From NCBI GenBank assembly GCA_020832465.1, contig JAFIER010000230.1, positions 1 to 39,789 of the forward strand: a stretch of DNA of 39,789 nucleotides, in the 5' to 3' direction. Positions within the stretch are counted from its first letter, which is position 1. Each line of letters opens with the position of its first letter. Shown in pieces: positions 18,033 to 29,668 of the stretch. Source of the stretch: Bernardetiaceae bacterium (GTDB lineage Bacteria > Bacteroidota > Bacteroidia > Cytophagales > Bernardetiaceae). The translations under genes were made by a program, and so were the position numbers. The notes under the pieces are model-generated. The model ran no database searches and was not told the origin of the DNA. It saw only the letters and a program-made list of their open reading frames with translations.

Positions 18033-18677
18033 ATGATAGAACTCAAATCTGCTTCCTTCATTATCATTGCGCTGACGGCTGTGGTCAGTATTTGGTGCTT
18101 TTCGCGCCCCGAGTTGAAAGCGAAATTGCTTATGAATCCGTACCGTACGGTGCACAATAAGCAGTGGTATCGCAGTATCAGTTCGGCATTTGTGCACGGC
18201 GATTATATGCACCTCTTTTTCAATCTTTTTACCTTCTTTTTCTTTGGCTATCAAGTGGAGCGGGTCTTTCAATACGCTTTTGGTGGCGAGCTTGTGGGTT
18301 CGCTGGTTTTTGCATTTATGTATTTGATGGCTGTCATCGTATCGGATTTGCCTACGGTTATCAAGCACAAAGACCAGATTTATTATAACTCTTTGGGTGC
18401 ATCGGGTGGCGTTTCGGCAGTGGTTTTTGCTTTTATCGTATTTGCGCCTACGCAGCCGATTTGTCTTTTTGCTGTGCTTTGCCTCCCCGGCTTTGTGCTC
18501 GGCGGTTTGTACTTGATTTATTCCTATTATCAAAGCAAAGGCTCATCGGATAATATCAACCACTCGGCACACCTTTGGGGTGCGCTTTTTGGATTTTTAT
18601 TTGCGGGTATTTTCGTACCCAACGGATTTGCCATGTTTTTTGATGCCCTTATAAATTGGGATTTTCAGATTTTTTAA
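18033..18677 (+). CDS. rhomboid-family intramembrane serine protease, 214 aa
   Basis: Six hydrophobic helices. HGDYMHLFFNLF (TM2 motif). Catalytic GASGGVSAVV (GxSG) and downstream HSAHLWGALFG (catalytic His). Confidence 0.85.
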   Translation: MIELKSASFIIIALTAVVSIWCFSRPELKAKLLMNPYRTVHNKQWYRSISSAFVHGDYMHLFFNLFTFFFFGYQVERVFQYAFGGELVGSLVFAFMYLMAVIVSDLPTVIKHKDQIYYNSLGASGGVSAVVFAFIVFAPTQPICLFAVLCLPGFVLGGLYLIYSYYQSKGSSDNINHSAHLWGALFGFLFAGIFVPNGFAMFFDALINWDFQIF

Positions 18678-18696
18678 TCGCCGTAGTTTTTTTCTC

Positions 18697-18875
18697 TTTG
18701 TCTGAATCAGGATTTACAGGATTTTGGGATTGGCAGGATTGAAAACCCTTCCCCTGTGTGATTTTGTCTGAATCAGGATTTACAAGATTTTGGGATTGGT
18801 AGGATTGAAAACCCTTCCCCCGTGTGATTTTGTCTGAATCAGGATTTACAGGATTTTGGGATTGGCAGGATTGAA
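18697..18875. repeat. tandem array (~2.7 x 66 bp) of the AGGATT-rich repeat tttgtctgaatcaggatttacaggattttgggattggcaggattgaaaacccttcccc
   Basis: Unit starts at 18697, 18763 and 18829 (period 66). Followed by hairpin cgattggcag/ctgccaatcg (18884-18915). Lies between the rhomboid gene and the mod gene 3' ends. Confidence 0.8.
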
Positions 18876-18948
18876 GAAGGGAACGATTGGCAGGGGCAGA
18901 GACCACTGCCAATCGTGAATGTAAAAAAATACCACACTTGCAGTTATT

Positions 18949-21525
18949 TTATGTAGCACTATCAATTGAGCCTATATCTATAATTTTGGTGCTCTCCTCT
19001 CCAAACTGACTCACAATCCGAATCGCAATTTTTTGATTAGGACTTTTGACTTCAATAGGATGAGATTGATAACCGTACAGACGGTCAAAAGCCTCTTCAT
19101 CAATTTCTATTTTTAACGTAGCTTCGAGCTTTTTCTTTGTACTTTCTTTGGCTAAGTTATCTAAGCCTCTACGCCAGTTTTTGAATGCGTCTTTATCGCC
19201 ACCGCAAAAGAATATCTGCCTAACGATAAAGCTGCTGCCATCATAATCATCATCGACCATCCAATAAGCAATATCGTGTAAGTCTCGCGCTTTAACTTCA
19301 TCTCTGATAGGGTCGTAAATATCTAAACCCTTGACTTCTACAAAAACACCTGTCTCGTCTTTTTTCAGGTCAATATCTGGCTCACCAATCGTTACAAAAC
19401 TTGCAGCTGACTTAGCAGGTTTCTTTTTCAAACCTTCTTGTAATAAATCATCGTGTATGCGGACTTTTGTAACTTCAAAAGTACCTACACTTTTCGTGTA
19501 CTGACCGCTTTCAATATCGCTTTCAAAGCTAAAACCTAAAATAATCAACCAATTCGCATCACCACGTTGGCGACACTCTTTAATTGAATCGTTTACTAAC
19601 TTCCTACTCACCGTACCAAACTTAGGTCCGATATGAAAATAGGCTTTCTCTTCACCTTTATCTGTAATGTAGAAACCCTCTGCATGTAAGGCTTCGCCAG
19701 ATAAAACCTCCACAGAACGAAAAACAACTTGCTCGTTTTTTCTGCCATTTTTGATGCCCGCACTTAGCAAATGTTCTTTGATAACCGCCTCGAAATTTTC
19801 ATTGGTTTCTAACTTCAAACGGTCATTATCTAACTCATCAGGGCTTGTAGGTTCAAAGTTTTGTAAAGTTTCTACTGTAAAAGGACCACTTACGCGAAGC
19901 ACCTTTTTGTCTATCTCGGGCTGATCGTAAAGCGTCTCCGTAGCAGGTGGCTCGTCGTTTGCCAATGCTTTAAGCGTGATATGCGGTACGGTTTTGTACA
20001 CAAAACCATGACGTATGTCCTCGTTTTGAGTATCGTAAAGCTTATAATAAGGATATACTGCCGTCATCAAACGCTGCTTGGCTATGTTCAAAGCTATCCG
20101 ACTCGTATCGATAGTGATCCAACGCCTACCCCACTGCTCCGCAACATAAGCCGTCGTACCACTCCCACAAGTAGGATCTAAAACCAAATCGCCCGGATCA
20201 GAAGTCATGAGTAAACATTTCATTATAGCTTTCTCATTTGTTTGGACTACATAAACTTTTGAGCTACTAAAACTCTGCTTTGTGTCTGACCAATGATTTG
20301 TTATTTCTGTAACAGGAAAATCATCTAAATATCTTTTATACATAATTGAACGCCCTGTTTTTAGTATTCTATCTTTTTCAGCCAGATTATCCATGCCCTC
20401 TTTTGTTGTTGACCAGTGCCTATTTGATGATGGTCTATAAACTTGACCATCAAACTTAAATTCAAAAGAACCTTTTTGAGACCATCCTGAACTTCTTAAA
20501 TCTCCTATGGCAAATACTTTTGCTCCATCAGGTATAAGTCGTTTGTCTAAAAACTCCTCTTTGGTTACATTGCGTACAGTACCATTAGGAAGCTCAAGCC
20601 ACTTGTAATTACTACCTATCTCCTTATCCATAAATAGTTTTCTCGATTTTAAGTCATCAACAGACTTAGCATACCAGATAATATAGTCTGATGTTGAAGA
20701 TAAAGTTTTAGTTGAAAAACTTGTGGTTGTCTCAAAACTTATCAAACTCACAAAATTTCCACTTCCAAATACTTCGTCCATTATATTTCTCACCAGATGC
20801 ACATTTTCGTCAGAAATTTGTACGAAGCAGGAGCCCGTTTTGTTGAGTAGTTCTTTGGCGATGAGCAGTCGGTCTCTCAGGTAGGATAGGTATGAGTGGA
20901 TACCGAGTTCCCAAGTGTCTCTGAATGCTTTGATTTGTTCGGGTTCTGCGGTGAGTGCATCGTCTTTTCCGTCGGCGACATTTCTGTCACCCATTTTGAC
21001 TTGCCAGTTTCCGCCATATTTTATGCCATAAGGAGGGTCTATGTATATGGTTTGAACTTGCCCTGCCATACCTTCTCTTTCGAGTAGGCTTGCCATGACG
21101 AGGTGGCTATCTCCTTGAATGAGTCTGTTTGTCCAGCCGTTTTTGTGTTGGTAATACTCTGATATTTTATCGAGTTCGTCTTTCTCGAGGGCATTTCCAA
21201 AAAGTTCATTGGTATCAAAGAGTTCTTTTTGGTCGCTTTCTTTTATTTTATATAGGTTTTGTATCAGGGTTTCGGGTGCAACATGTTCGTGTCGGTATAG
21301 GCTTCTTATATCTATACTGAGCGCGTCCTCTCGGTCGTCGTTTCCGTATTTGTTGAGCCAAAAGAGTTCTGGGTCTTTTCCTCGGTGCACAATAGGATTT
21401 TTGGGGATTTCGATTTTGTTGCTTCCGTTTTGCACTTTGTCATTCGCATCTTCATATCCAGCTTCTTCTTTGCTTGGGATATGTGAGCGTTGGCTATTTG
21501 TATGCTTTGTGGATTGTACTTTCAT
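18949..21525 (-). CDS. mod: Type III restriction-modification DNA methyltransferase (Mod, N6-adenine, beta class), 858 aa
   Basis: Motif [18 protein letters not shown] precedes motif [28 protein letters not shown] (permuted beta-class order). Start is 2 bp after the res stop. ~390-aa C-terminal extension after motif I. Confidence 0.8.
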   Translation of the reverse strand: MKVQSTKHTNSQRSHIPSKEEAGYEDANDKVQNGSNKIEIPKNPIVHRGKDPELFWLNKYGNDDREDALSIDIRSLYRHEHVAPETLIQNLYKIKESDQKELFDTNELFGNALEKDELDKISEYYQHKNGWTNRLIQGDSHLVMASLLEREGMAGQVQTIYIDPPYGIKYGGNWQVKMGDRNVADGKDDALTAEPEQIKAFRDTWELGIHSYLSYLRDRLLIAKELLNKTGSCFVQISDENVHLVRNIMDEVFGSGNFVSLISFETTTSFSTKTLSSTSDYIIWYAKSVDDLKSRKLFMDKEIGSNYKWLELPNGTVRNVTKEEFLDKRLIPDGAKVFAIGDLRSSGWSQKGSFEFKFDGQVYRPSSNRHWSTTKEGMDNLAEKDRILKTGRSIMYKRYLDDFPVTEITNHWSDTKQSFSSSKVYVVQTNEKAIMKCLLMTSDPGDLVLDPTCGSGTTAYVAEQWGRRWITIDTSRIALNIAKQRLMTAVYPYYKLYDTQNEDIRHGFVYKTVPHITLKALANDEPPATETLYDQPEIDKKVLRVSGPFTVETLQNFEPTSPDELDNDRLKLETNENFEAVIKEHLLSAGIKNGRKNEQVVFRSVEVLSGEALHAEGFYITDKGEEKAYFHIGPKFGTVSRKLVNDSIKECRQRGDANWLIILGFSFESDIESGQYTKSVGTFEVTKVRIHDDLLQEGLKKKPAKSAASFVTIGEPDIDLKKDETGVFVEVKGLDIYDPIRDEVKARDLHDIAYWMVDDDYDGSSFIVRQIFFCGGDKDAFKNWRRGLDNLAKESTKKKLEATLKIEIDEEAFDRLYGYQSHPIEVKSPNQKIAIRIVSQFGEESTKIIDIGSIDSAT

Positions 21526-21527
21526 TG

Positions 21528-24500
21528 TTATATACTTTGAATTTTTTCGGTTAATTGATTTCTGATATTTCTGATGTCATTTGCAATTTCGATAAAATGC
21601 CATTCGTGGTATTGGTATTTATCTTTGAGTGCATTGGCGGCGGGCAGCCATCGGTTTTCGACAAACCATTTTTTTTCGTCTTTATCTTGACTAAAACCAC
21701 TAATTTCGATAATAAGGTTTTTGAAGATTTTGGGATTTTGTTTAGATTTTACTTTGACGATAAAATCTGGGAAATATTTTTTGTCCTCTCCATCTTTTTT
21801 GTAAGGGATTGCAAAATCTAAGAAATCATTTTTTACATAAGCGATTACATTATCGAGTTCTTCTAAGGTTTTGGCACAAACTCCTTCCCATGTACTATCC
21901 ATAACGACATAATTAACGTGGCTTTTTTGTGTGGCATAGACTTCCCGTGTTGTGTTTCCGTTTACATATCTCGTACTGCCAAATGGATTGTAGTTGTTGA
22001 ATACGGGTTTGATAAACTCGATGGTATTTCGTTGAGTATTTATACCTCTTATAATGTGATCTACGGCTTTTTTGTGCTCATGAAAATAGAGTGTTTTTTT
22101 GAAATAAGGTTCACGATTAAGCACTGTAATTTTATGGTTGTACCATTCGGTTACTATACCTTTTAGTGTAGCAAATTTTTGAAATTCGGGTTCTCCTTCG
22201 TCATTACTAAAATGATATTTCATAAGCTCCACCGTAAGTTTGAAGATAATTTCTTGGTCTCGCTTTTCTAAGACATCGGCGAGTTGTATTGTTTCTTGTT
22301 TTGCAGAGACTGCGCTTTGCATTGTAGTTACTTTGGGTACTTTTGAGCCGTCGATTTCATAATTTTCTAAATTCGCAAAGTCGTGCGTGAGCGGTGCTTC
22401 TAAGTTTTCGGTTCTGTATGCAATAATATTTGGGAATGTAATTTCCATTTCCTGCTCTCTTTCCACAAGTGCATTGATATGGTGCATGTTTACGGGCTTT
22501 ACAACAGTATTCGTTTGTCCTGCTTTAAACATATTGAAAGGTACGCCTATAATGTGTGCATACTCTGGGGGGAATTTTTGAATGACAATTTTTCTTTTGT
22601 CATCTGTGGGGTTTCCGTCTTTATCATATCCTTGCAAAAAGTAATTGACTCTTCTTAATGCTCTTCCTGCTACTTGCTCGCAAAGTAGCTGTGAGCCAAA
22701 GGCACGCAGCCCCATGATGTGTGTAACGGTATTGGCGTCCCAGCCTTCGGTAAGCATAGATACAGAAACGACGCATCTTATATGTGCGCCTAATTTATTT
22801 GTCTGCCCTACTGTATTTACGACTTCACGCAATATTTCAGCATCGGATATTTTTTCTGTGCTTCCTTGCCCGTGCATGCGTGCATAGTCTTTTTTAAACT
22901 CTTCGATTTCTTTAGCAAAGATTTTTTTAAACTCTTTATTGATTTGTTCACCGTTTTCTAGTGCATCGCTATCAATAAGCAATGTAGGCGGTTTTTTTCG
23001 GGGTTTTGTTGTATCGGGGTCATAATTAGAAAATAAATCTTTTGCACCTACTTGAATATGCGTACCTCCCTCTCTATCAGTATATTCATATCCAGCGATG
23101 TATTTATATACTTCTTTGGATACGCTGGTATTATTACAGACTACAATAAATACAGGCGGTGTAGAAAATAAGGACACCCCGTCTTCTTGTATACTTCTTA
23201 CTCCTTTGTCGTATTTTACGTAATGTGAGTAAAACTGCTCTAAGGCATTTTTTACAAGTGCGGGTATTTTAGGTGCTTCTTCTCTAAACCTATCTCCTTT
23301 TGCTTTTGCTTCTGCTTTTCGTTTGCTTACACCTTTTTTGGGAAGTTCTTTTTTGACATGTTCATACAGGTTTTTGAGCACCGGCTTATCTATACTCTGA
23401 GTATCGTCAGTCTCTGGCATAAATGGAATTTTGACAAGTCCACTTTCTATTGCCTCCACTAAACCAAAGTCTGATACTACCCATGGAAACAAACTATAAG
23501 CCGTATAGCCCGAGCCATTTAGGTAATAGGGGGTAGCGGAGAGGTCATAGACCGCCTGCATTTTGAATTTTTGCGCAATATTGCGCAAACCGCTGAACCA
23601 GACGGCTGCTTTAGCATTTTCATCACCTTCATTATCGGTAGTTTTACTTTTAGACTTAGGTAGGTAGCAATGATGTGCCTCGTCGTTTAGTACTAAAAGT
23701 CGGCTTCCTGTTTTAAATTTTCCCAAGACACGCTTTACTACTTGCGAAAAACCTTCTTTATTATCTGTATCTATTTTTTCTCCTTTGATATTTGTTTTTC
23801 CGTCAAATGGAGTTTTTTTATTGCCTTGAAGTATTTTAGGTTCAAAGCTATGATAATTCGTAATGATTAGCCTTGCATTGAGATTTTGCAAGCGAGAAGT
23901 CATATTTGAAGGTACTAATCCTCGTATATAATAGTAATCTTCTCTATTATGTGTATGATTTTGATTATCAACAAATAGTACATTCAACCTGCTTTTGATA
24001 GTGATACCGGGAGCTACCACTAAAAAGTAATCTGCAAAGCGAGTATCATTTCTGTATTCTTGTCTGTTGAAATAGTGGTAACAAATTAAACAAGCCATAA
24101 CAACAGTTTTACCACTTCCTGTAGCCATTTTGAAAGCTATTCTAGGCAGTTGGTCTTCTGTATTTTTACTTACTGTTTGCTGTCCTTTACGTAAAAGGTT
24201 TAGAATATGTTGCCCTGGATTTGATTTCTCTGCTACTTCGTTAAACCATATCGCAGTTTCTATAGCCTCACGTTGTGCAAAAAACAGCTTTTTTACGGCA
24301 TGCCTTTCAGGATTATTAAACCAAAAGTTCAAAAGTTGCTTTGAAATTCTTGTTGTGTTGGGATAGCTACTAGCTCGCCACGCTCCTACCTCTTTTCTAC
24401 ACAGATTTACGATATGTTCTTCTTGACTACCAGCACTTTCATTCCATTCAAATATTTCTTTGCCTCCTTTTCGCTTAGTTGGCGCAACAGGAGTACTTTC

Positions 24501-24638
24501 TTTGAATATTCGTCGTCCTTTTCTGATTTCCGTATAGTCTAAGCTACCGTCACTATCAGTGCTATAATATAAAAGAGGTTCATCGTACGGACTATTTAAT
24601 ATCGGATTATCTTTGTTTGCAGTTTCTACTAAATTCAT
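21528..24638 (-). CDS. res: Type III restriction enzyme Res subunit (SF2 helicase + PD-(D/E)xK nuclease), 1036 aa
   Basis: Q-motif [10 protein letters not shown]. Motif [12 protein letters not shown]. Motif [12 protein letters not shown]. Motif III LSATPY. Motif [12 protein letters not shown]-terminal nuclease-like PDFIVKV...IIEISG. Confidence 0.8.
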   Translation of the reverse strand: MNLVETANKDNPILNSPYDEPLLYYSTDSDGSLDYTEIRKGRRIFKESTPVAPTKRKGGKEIFEWNESAGSQEEHIVNLCRKEVGAWRASSYPNTTRISKQLLNFWFNNPERHAVKKLFFAQREAIETAIWFNEVAEKSNPGQHILNLLRKGQQTVSKNTEDQLPRIAFKMATGSGKTVVMACLICYHYFNRQEYRNDTRFADYFLVVAPGITIKSRLNVLFVDNQNHTHNREDYYYIRGLVPSNMTSRLQNLNARLIITNYHSFEPKILQGNKKTPFDGKTNIKGEKIDTDNKEGFSQVVKRVLGKFKTGSRLLVLNDEAHHCYLPKSKSKTTDNEGDENAKAAVWFSGLRNIAQKFKMQAVYDLSATPYYLNGSGYTAYSLFPWVVSDFGLVEAIESGLVKIPFMPETDDTQSIDKPVLKNLYEHVKKELPKKGVSKRKAEAKAKGDRFREEAPKIPALVKNALEQFYSHYVKYDKGVRSIQEDGVSLFSTPPVFIVVCNNTSVSKEVYKYIAGYEYTDREGGTHIQVGAKDLFSNYDPDTTKPRKKPPTLLIDSDALENGEQINKEFKKIFAKEIEEFKKDYARMHGQGSTEKISDAEILREVVNTVGQTNKLGAHIRCVVSVSMLTEGWDANTVTHIMGLRAFGSQLLCEQVAGRALRRVNYFLQGYDKDGNPTDDKRKIVIQKFPPEYAHIIGVPFNMFKAGQTNTVVKPVNMHHINALVEREQEMEITFPNIIAYRTENLEAPLTHDFANLENYEIDGSKVPKVTTMQSAVSAKQETIQLADVLEKRDQEIIFKLTVELMKYHFSNDEGEPEFQKFATLKGIVTEWYNHKITVLNREPYFKKTLYFHEHKKAVDHIIRGINTQRNTIEFIKPVFNNYNPFGSTRYVNGNTTREVYATQKSHVNYVVMDSTWEGVCAKTLEELDNVIAYVKNDFLDFAIPYKKDGEDKKYFPDFIVKVKSKQNPKIFKNLIIEISGFSQDKDEKKWFVENRWLPAANALKDKYQYHEWHFIEIANDIRNIRNQLTEKIQSI

Positions 24639-24790
24639 ATAGTCAATGTTATTAAATTATGATTTCACTGTGCAAGATAAAAAATATTGATATTAAAAAC
24701 TATTTTAAGTCATACTTTTTATCGCAAACAATATTTATTCGTATACACACAAATAAGAACATAAATATATTTCTATACGTTTCTCTGCAA

Positions 24791-24880
24791 TTTTCCAGAA
24801 AGCGTCTGGAAAATTGGGTATTCACCTGAAAAGTTCCTGTCTGAATTTGCCAGAAAGCGTCTGGCAATTTGGGTATTTGA
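24791..24880. promoter_or_regulatory. two direct 35-bp repeats, each containing a 6-bp-arm hairpin (tccagaaagcgtctgga; gccagaaagcgtctggc), 150-240 bp upstream of res
   Basis: Repeats at 24791-24825 and 24846-24880. Arms differ by a compensatory pair (t..a versus g..c). Located in the res/mod promoter region on the minus strand. Confidence 0.35.
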
Positions 24881-25091
24881 GAAACAACAAACGCATATTT
24901 TGCAGATTACTACAAGGGCATCGTTCACCAAGCGTACTGCTTGTGTACGCGCCTGCGTGTGGATAGCTACAATGTCGCTTATAAGCGTTTCTAAGTGATT
25001 TTCTATTGTCATTGTACGCACTTTTGATTTTAAATAGTGCTGCGTGGCAATATAAGGATTTTTTGTTTTTTTACGTAAAATTTAAGTGCTT

Positions 25092-25143
25092 TTTGTCTGT
25101 CTGAATCAGGATTTACGGGATTTTGGGATTGGCAGGATTAGAA
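25092..25143. repeat. single copy of the AGGATT-rich repeat (tttgtctgtctgaatcaggatttacgggattttgggattggcaggatta)
   Basis: About 90% identical to the units at 18697-18875. Lies between the res promoter region and the 3' end of the DUF1016 gene. Confidence 0.75.
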
Positions 25144-25239
25144 ATTCACTCACAGGGTCTTCGACTACTGGTAGGGATTTCTCCTCACCGACGACTGTGT
25201 GGTTGCTTGTGGCGATACCGTAGTGTTTGTTCTATAACT

Positions 25240-26337
25240 TCATCGCTTCCGAAGTTCTTTCAAAATAAAATTCTGCAATTCCTCTTCCGTAGGCAGTTGG
25301 ATTTTGTATTTCGAGATAAACATTTCGTTGCCTTGTGTGGGTAGGGTGTAGCGTGCCAAAGCCTCGTTTTTATCTGTAACCAACAAAATCCCAATAGGCG
25401 GATTGTCGGTTTCTTCTTTGATTTCGGCTTGGTAGTAGTTGAGATAGGTTTGCAGTTGGGCAATGTGTCCCGCTTGCATTTTATCTACTTTGAGTTCTAT
25501 TAAGATGTGGCATTTGAGCAAACGATGGTAAAAAACCAAATCTATAAAAAAATATTCTTCGCCTATCAAAATGCGCTTCTGCCTTGCCTCAAAACAAAAA
25601 CCATTGCCGAGTTCCAAAATAAAGTCTTGTAAGTGGGCAAGCAAGGCACTTTCCAAATCATTTTCATCAAAGGCTTGCTGTGGGCTTAGTCCCAAAAACT
25701 CAAAAACATACATATCCTTAATGGCATCTTGTGGCGTTTGTACGGCGATGGTTTGTTTTATTTTCTCAAAACTCAAGTCTTTATCCGCAGATAACCCCAA
25801 ACGCTGATAAGAAAGTGTATTGATTTGTCTTTGCAACTCCCGCACCGAAGGTGTAGTTTTGAGGGTAAGCATTTCGTAGTAACGGCGTTCTTTGGGATTT
25901 TCTATCGTCATCAAAATGGAAAGATGCGTAAATGAAATCCGTTGCAACAATAGCCTCGTATAATCAATTTCTTGATTTTCAGTATTTTGTAATTCGACCA
26001 TCACTGATGGTCGAATTGAGATAGGCAATAAAAATTGCTCTTGGACAAGTACCTGCCCTAAAAGTGGATAGGTTTGATAAAACTTTCTAAACCTTTTCAA
26101 ATGCGTAGCACTATTCAAACCCTTGATGGTTTTGAGTTCCTTGGCTAAGGTCGTAAAAAGTTTTGCGCCATACTTGGCTCTATCTTGCCCGTTTTGTTCA
26201 TACTCAACAATATACGCTCCGACGCACCAATTCCGAATCGTGAGCGACTGATTGATGCTTTGAGCGGCTCGGGCTTGCAGCTCGGCGTGAGTTTGAGTGA
26301 TGCTTTGTAGTAGATCGGCGAATTGCATAGACATCAT
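25240..26337 (-). CDS. DUF1016/YhcG-like PD-(D/E)xK nuclease family protein, 365 aa
   Basis: N-terminal helical YhcG-type domain. C-terminal nuclease core EFLGLSPQQAFDENDLESALLAHLQDFILELGNGFCFEARQKRI...FFIDLVFYHRLLKCHILIELKV (D...E.K). 63 bp downstream of and co-directional with 26401-29775. Confidence 0.7.
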   Translation of the reverse strand: MMSMQFADLLQSITQTHAELQARAAQSINQSLTIRNWCVGAYIVEYEQNGQDRAKYGAKLFTTLAKELKTIKGLNSATHLKRFRKFYQTYPLLGQVLVQEQFLLPISIRPSVMVELQNTENQEIDYTRLLLQRISFTHLSILMTIENPKERRYYEMLTLKTTPSVRELQRQINTLSYQRLGLSADKDLSFEKIKQTIAVQTPQDAIKDMYVFEFLGLSPQQAFDENDLESALLAHLQDFILELGNGFCFEARQKRILIGEEYFFIDLVFYHRLLKCHILIELKVDKMQAGHIAQLQTYLNYYQAEIKEETDNPPIGILLVTDKNEALARYTLPTQGNEMFISKYKIQLPTEEELQNFILKELRKR

Positions 26338-26400
26338 TACACCCTAAGCAGCTTGAAGATACTTAGGGTGTGAGATTTATAGATTTTAAAAATTAGTTTT

Positions 26401-29400
26401 CTACAAAATTTCCTTCAATTTTTGTACGCTATCATCTTGCACAAAATAGTTCATGTGATGGCAAGGAATATCGTAAATGACGGGTTTGTTTTTGCCACAA
26501 TCTTTGATGTCATCTACCAAAACAGCAATATCATTGGGCTTATTAGAGCTGACTAAATTGCCCATGCCCGCCATGACTTTCTCTACAATTTTTTCCATTG
26601 CCGTAGGATTTTCAGGCACAAAATCTTGTACATTGCCCGCCAAAATCAAATAAGGAATACCGCCCTCGCTGCCTTCGTCCTTGTTCAAACGGCGCAAAAA
26701 CTCGGACTCTTTGCCCATTTGTTCGAGCGTAACAAAAAGCGCCTTGCTCTGCTTGAGCGCACCTATAAGCCCCGCTGCCGAAAGCACTATGCCAAAGGGC
26801 GCAAGCAAATTCGCACCCAAGCCCATTGCCAAAATGGCAAACTTGCGGTACTGCTCAATTTTACCAAAAACAGAACCCGCATTCGGCGTGCCACACATAA
26901 TCAAACGATTCACAAAAGCACTACCCCCGCGCTGCTCAATCATATAACGAGAAACCAATCCGCCCATAGAATGTGCCACAATATCAACTTTTTTATCCGC
27001 CGAAATGCCGATGCTTTCATATTGCAAACCGTCTTTATACACCTCCGAATCGCCCACCAAAAGCCGCTTAAACTGATAAGCAATTTCGTTGATTTCGGTG
27101 TTCAGATTTTCATAATCAAAAGTCATAATCAAATCGTATCTGCCTGCTTTGACAAACTCATGACCCAAAACTGCCATCTCGGACGTATTGCCGATAATGC
27201 CGTGAACAAAAAGCAAAATCTTTTCGGCTTTAGCCACTCGCGCAGCCACTTCTTTGCGGTCTTCCACGTAAATGGGTTTGCCTGCTTCGTCATAATCAAT
27301 GGCGCAGAGTTTGAAAAAGCCCGTCGGTGGCATTTTCGTGAGCTTCGAGCTGACTTTATACAAACAAAACTTCAATGCCCTACCGAGGCTACGGCTCGAA
27401 GAAGATGTTTCAGGGAGATTTTGAATTTCCACAACTGAAGGGTCTTCTTCATTTGAGATGCCGATAGGAATGAGCGTATCACCATCGAGCGCCATCGGAA
27501 GCATTATTTCATCTTCATTTAAAAGCCCTTGATTCATTTTGAGACGAAGCGGATTTGTTTCACTTACGTCGCCTTGAATATTAGTGAGGCTAATCACTTC
27601 TTTGGCTTGAGTGCTTCGGCTCGAGCCGCTACTCAAAGATTGGAGCTGTAGCGAGTCATCGGCAATCCAATTTTTCCAACGTTTAGTACTCTTATCATTT
27701 AAACCCCGACCGCTGCTGCTTACGCTGCCAAAGGCTACTTGCGCCTCCACGCTATCGTGCGCCAGCACTTCAAAACCTTCAAACTTTGTGTTTTGAGTTT
27801 TTGAGATTTTGTCTTCATTTTTCAAAAGTTTTACGCCTACGTTGCGCACTGTCCAATCCTCAATTTTGAACGGAGAAGCGGCATTGTTTGCCTGCTGTCC
27901 GAAGCGACTGCCGACGGATTTGTAGCGTACGTTCAAGCTAAAATTATCTTGCGTCAGCACGTCGGGGTTGGTGCGTGTCGTGCTTATCAAAAACTTAAAT
28001 AACAAATCCGATTCGCTATCCTGCTCCTGCCCTTGCATAAAATTCAGTCCGTTTTTATCATCATAAATCAAAACTTCTTCATTTTTAGGCACAGGTACAT
28101 TATTGAGTTTGTAGATGCCGTAAAGCGGCGAAACTGCCAGTAGCGCAATATGCAACTCTGCCTCGTGTAGGTTTTTTACGTGGATTTTGCAAGGCAAGCC
28201 CAAGAAATTACCACGGCGGTCTTTGTCCAACAAAAACTCGAGGTCTTCGGAGCTATTGATATTATAGGACTCCCACTCACGATTGCGATAAAACTCGAAG
28301 CGCATCGGTAGGTCGCTGTCGCGAATTTCGGTATGCGGGTTTTTAATATCACGGAGGCGTTCCCAGCGTTGAATTTTGGCGAGGAGTTCGTTCCAATAGG
28401 GGGCGGGTTCGCGCCCAGCGGCGATGATTTTGTTCGAGAGGCGATGCACGAGTTCGTACACACCATCAGCATTTCGCACCAAAAAATAATCGGCTTCGGC
28501 TTGGCTTCGCGCTATGGCTACGGATAGCCCCGCCGTGAGTGCTTCGGGCTTAGCCATATCAGTATAAAACGAAAACACCGCCTGTGGAATGAAGGCATTG
28601 AGCGTAGCGGTATAGGTTTTTTCGGGGTCTAATTTATCTTCATTTTCTACCTTCATCAAAAAGGTATTGTCTATGAAAGTTTCATCGATTTGCGCTTCGG
28701 CAACTTTGTTTTTTCCCGAAAGGATGTCGACTTTTACGGTTCGGTCGTTCGCCTCTCTATCTACCAGTGGCATGCCGTGCAAAGCACCAGCTTTGATTTG
28801 CCATTTCTTTTCAGAAAAATAGACTTCCCATTCATCTTTGCGGTCGTCATTGGCAGTGCCTCTGAGGAAAGTTTTATAGACGGATTCGTTTCCGTAGGCA
28901 TCGACTTGTGGGGTCTGGCTGTTATCGATTTGTTTGATACGGGTTTGAATGCGCTCGAAAAGTCTGCCATAGCTCAAATTTGAAGATTCATTTTCTAAAA
29001 TATCGAGCAGTACGGTCGAGAAAAGCCCACGGTTTTCTTTGGTTTCCCAAGCTACCTGGGTATTGCTGCACGCCGAAAGTGTGATGTGGGGGGCAGCAGG
29101 GATTTCGATTTTGCCCGTATTTTTGAGCTGTTGAGCGTAGTATCCATCGGCATAATCCTCGATTTTACGGTTGTTGCCGTCTTTTTCGGCTTGGCGTTTT
29201 TTGCCGAGTTTGGCATTGCGTGTGCCCGAGCCAGAGTGGCAGCAGTCCAAAGAAACGGCAATATGAGGCTGATTTTGAGCGACTTCTTGAATCAGCACCG
29301 CCAATTCTTTGTCGGCTAAATCCATACCGCCCGGCTCTCGGCTATCGTAGCAAACGAGGGTTTCGTTTTTCTTTTCGGGAAAAAATTGATGAAATTCTAC

Positions 29401-29668
29401 GGGCGAACTCTCCCGTGAGCCGTGTCCACTAAAATGAAAAAAGGCGGTATCGCCCTGCTTGGCTCGGGCGAGGTGTTTTCTGAATCCTGCAATAATGGCA
29501 GCACGTGTAGCCTCTGCGTTGATAAGCACTTGGAGTTCTAACTCTTCGCTACTAAAGCGTTTTTGGAGTAGGGCTTGCATAGCTTGGGCATCAGCAGCGC
29601 AACCATTGAGCGGACTGACGGATTTGTAGTTGTCAATTCCGACGATAAAGGCAAAAATTTTAGCCATA
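26401..29668 (-). CDS. caspase-like (peptidase C14) domain fused to C-terminal alpha/beta-hydrolase (lipase/esterase-type) domain; 1089 aa from MAKIFAFIVGIDNY, or 1124 aa from the upstream ATG at 29775
   Basis: Caspase His/Cys dyad: FFHFSGHGS and LDCCHSGSG (DxCHSG metacaspase/orthocaspase signature). C-terminal hydrolase: oxyanion-type LLFVHGIIGNTSEM. Nucleophile elbow VDIVAHSMGGLVSRY (GxSxG). ~600-aa central region not recognised. Confidence 0.7.

Noticed and set aside
17958-18533. 191-aa minus-strand ORF
   Set aside because: It overlaps the well-supported rhomboid protease gene on the opposite strand. It is K/R-rich and low-complexity, with no motif.
18697-18875. Possible CRISPR array (regular direct repeats)
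   Set aside because: Units are directly tandem (66-bp period) with no unique spacers of constant length. There is no leader or cas genes. The same holds for the 104-bp array at 39514+.
18649-18912. 87-aa minus-strand ORF with an internally repeated peptide (GFQSYQSQNLVNPDSDKIT ...)
   Set aside because: It is a translation of the 66-bp tandem DNA repeat. Its periodicity mirrors the nucleotide repeat. It has no start context and reads as non-coding.
24773-25021. 82-aa minus-strand ORF upstream of res
   Set aside because: It spans the paired hairpin repeats and has no motif. The regulatory-DNA interpretation is more economical, though not excluded.
26626-27438. 270-aa plus-strand ORF (plus 88-aa ORF at 26681-26947)
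   Set aside because: It lies inside the alpha/beta-hydrolase part of the caspase-fusion gene on the antisense strand. Composition is odd (R/H/N-rich), giving an antisense artefact.
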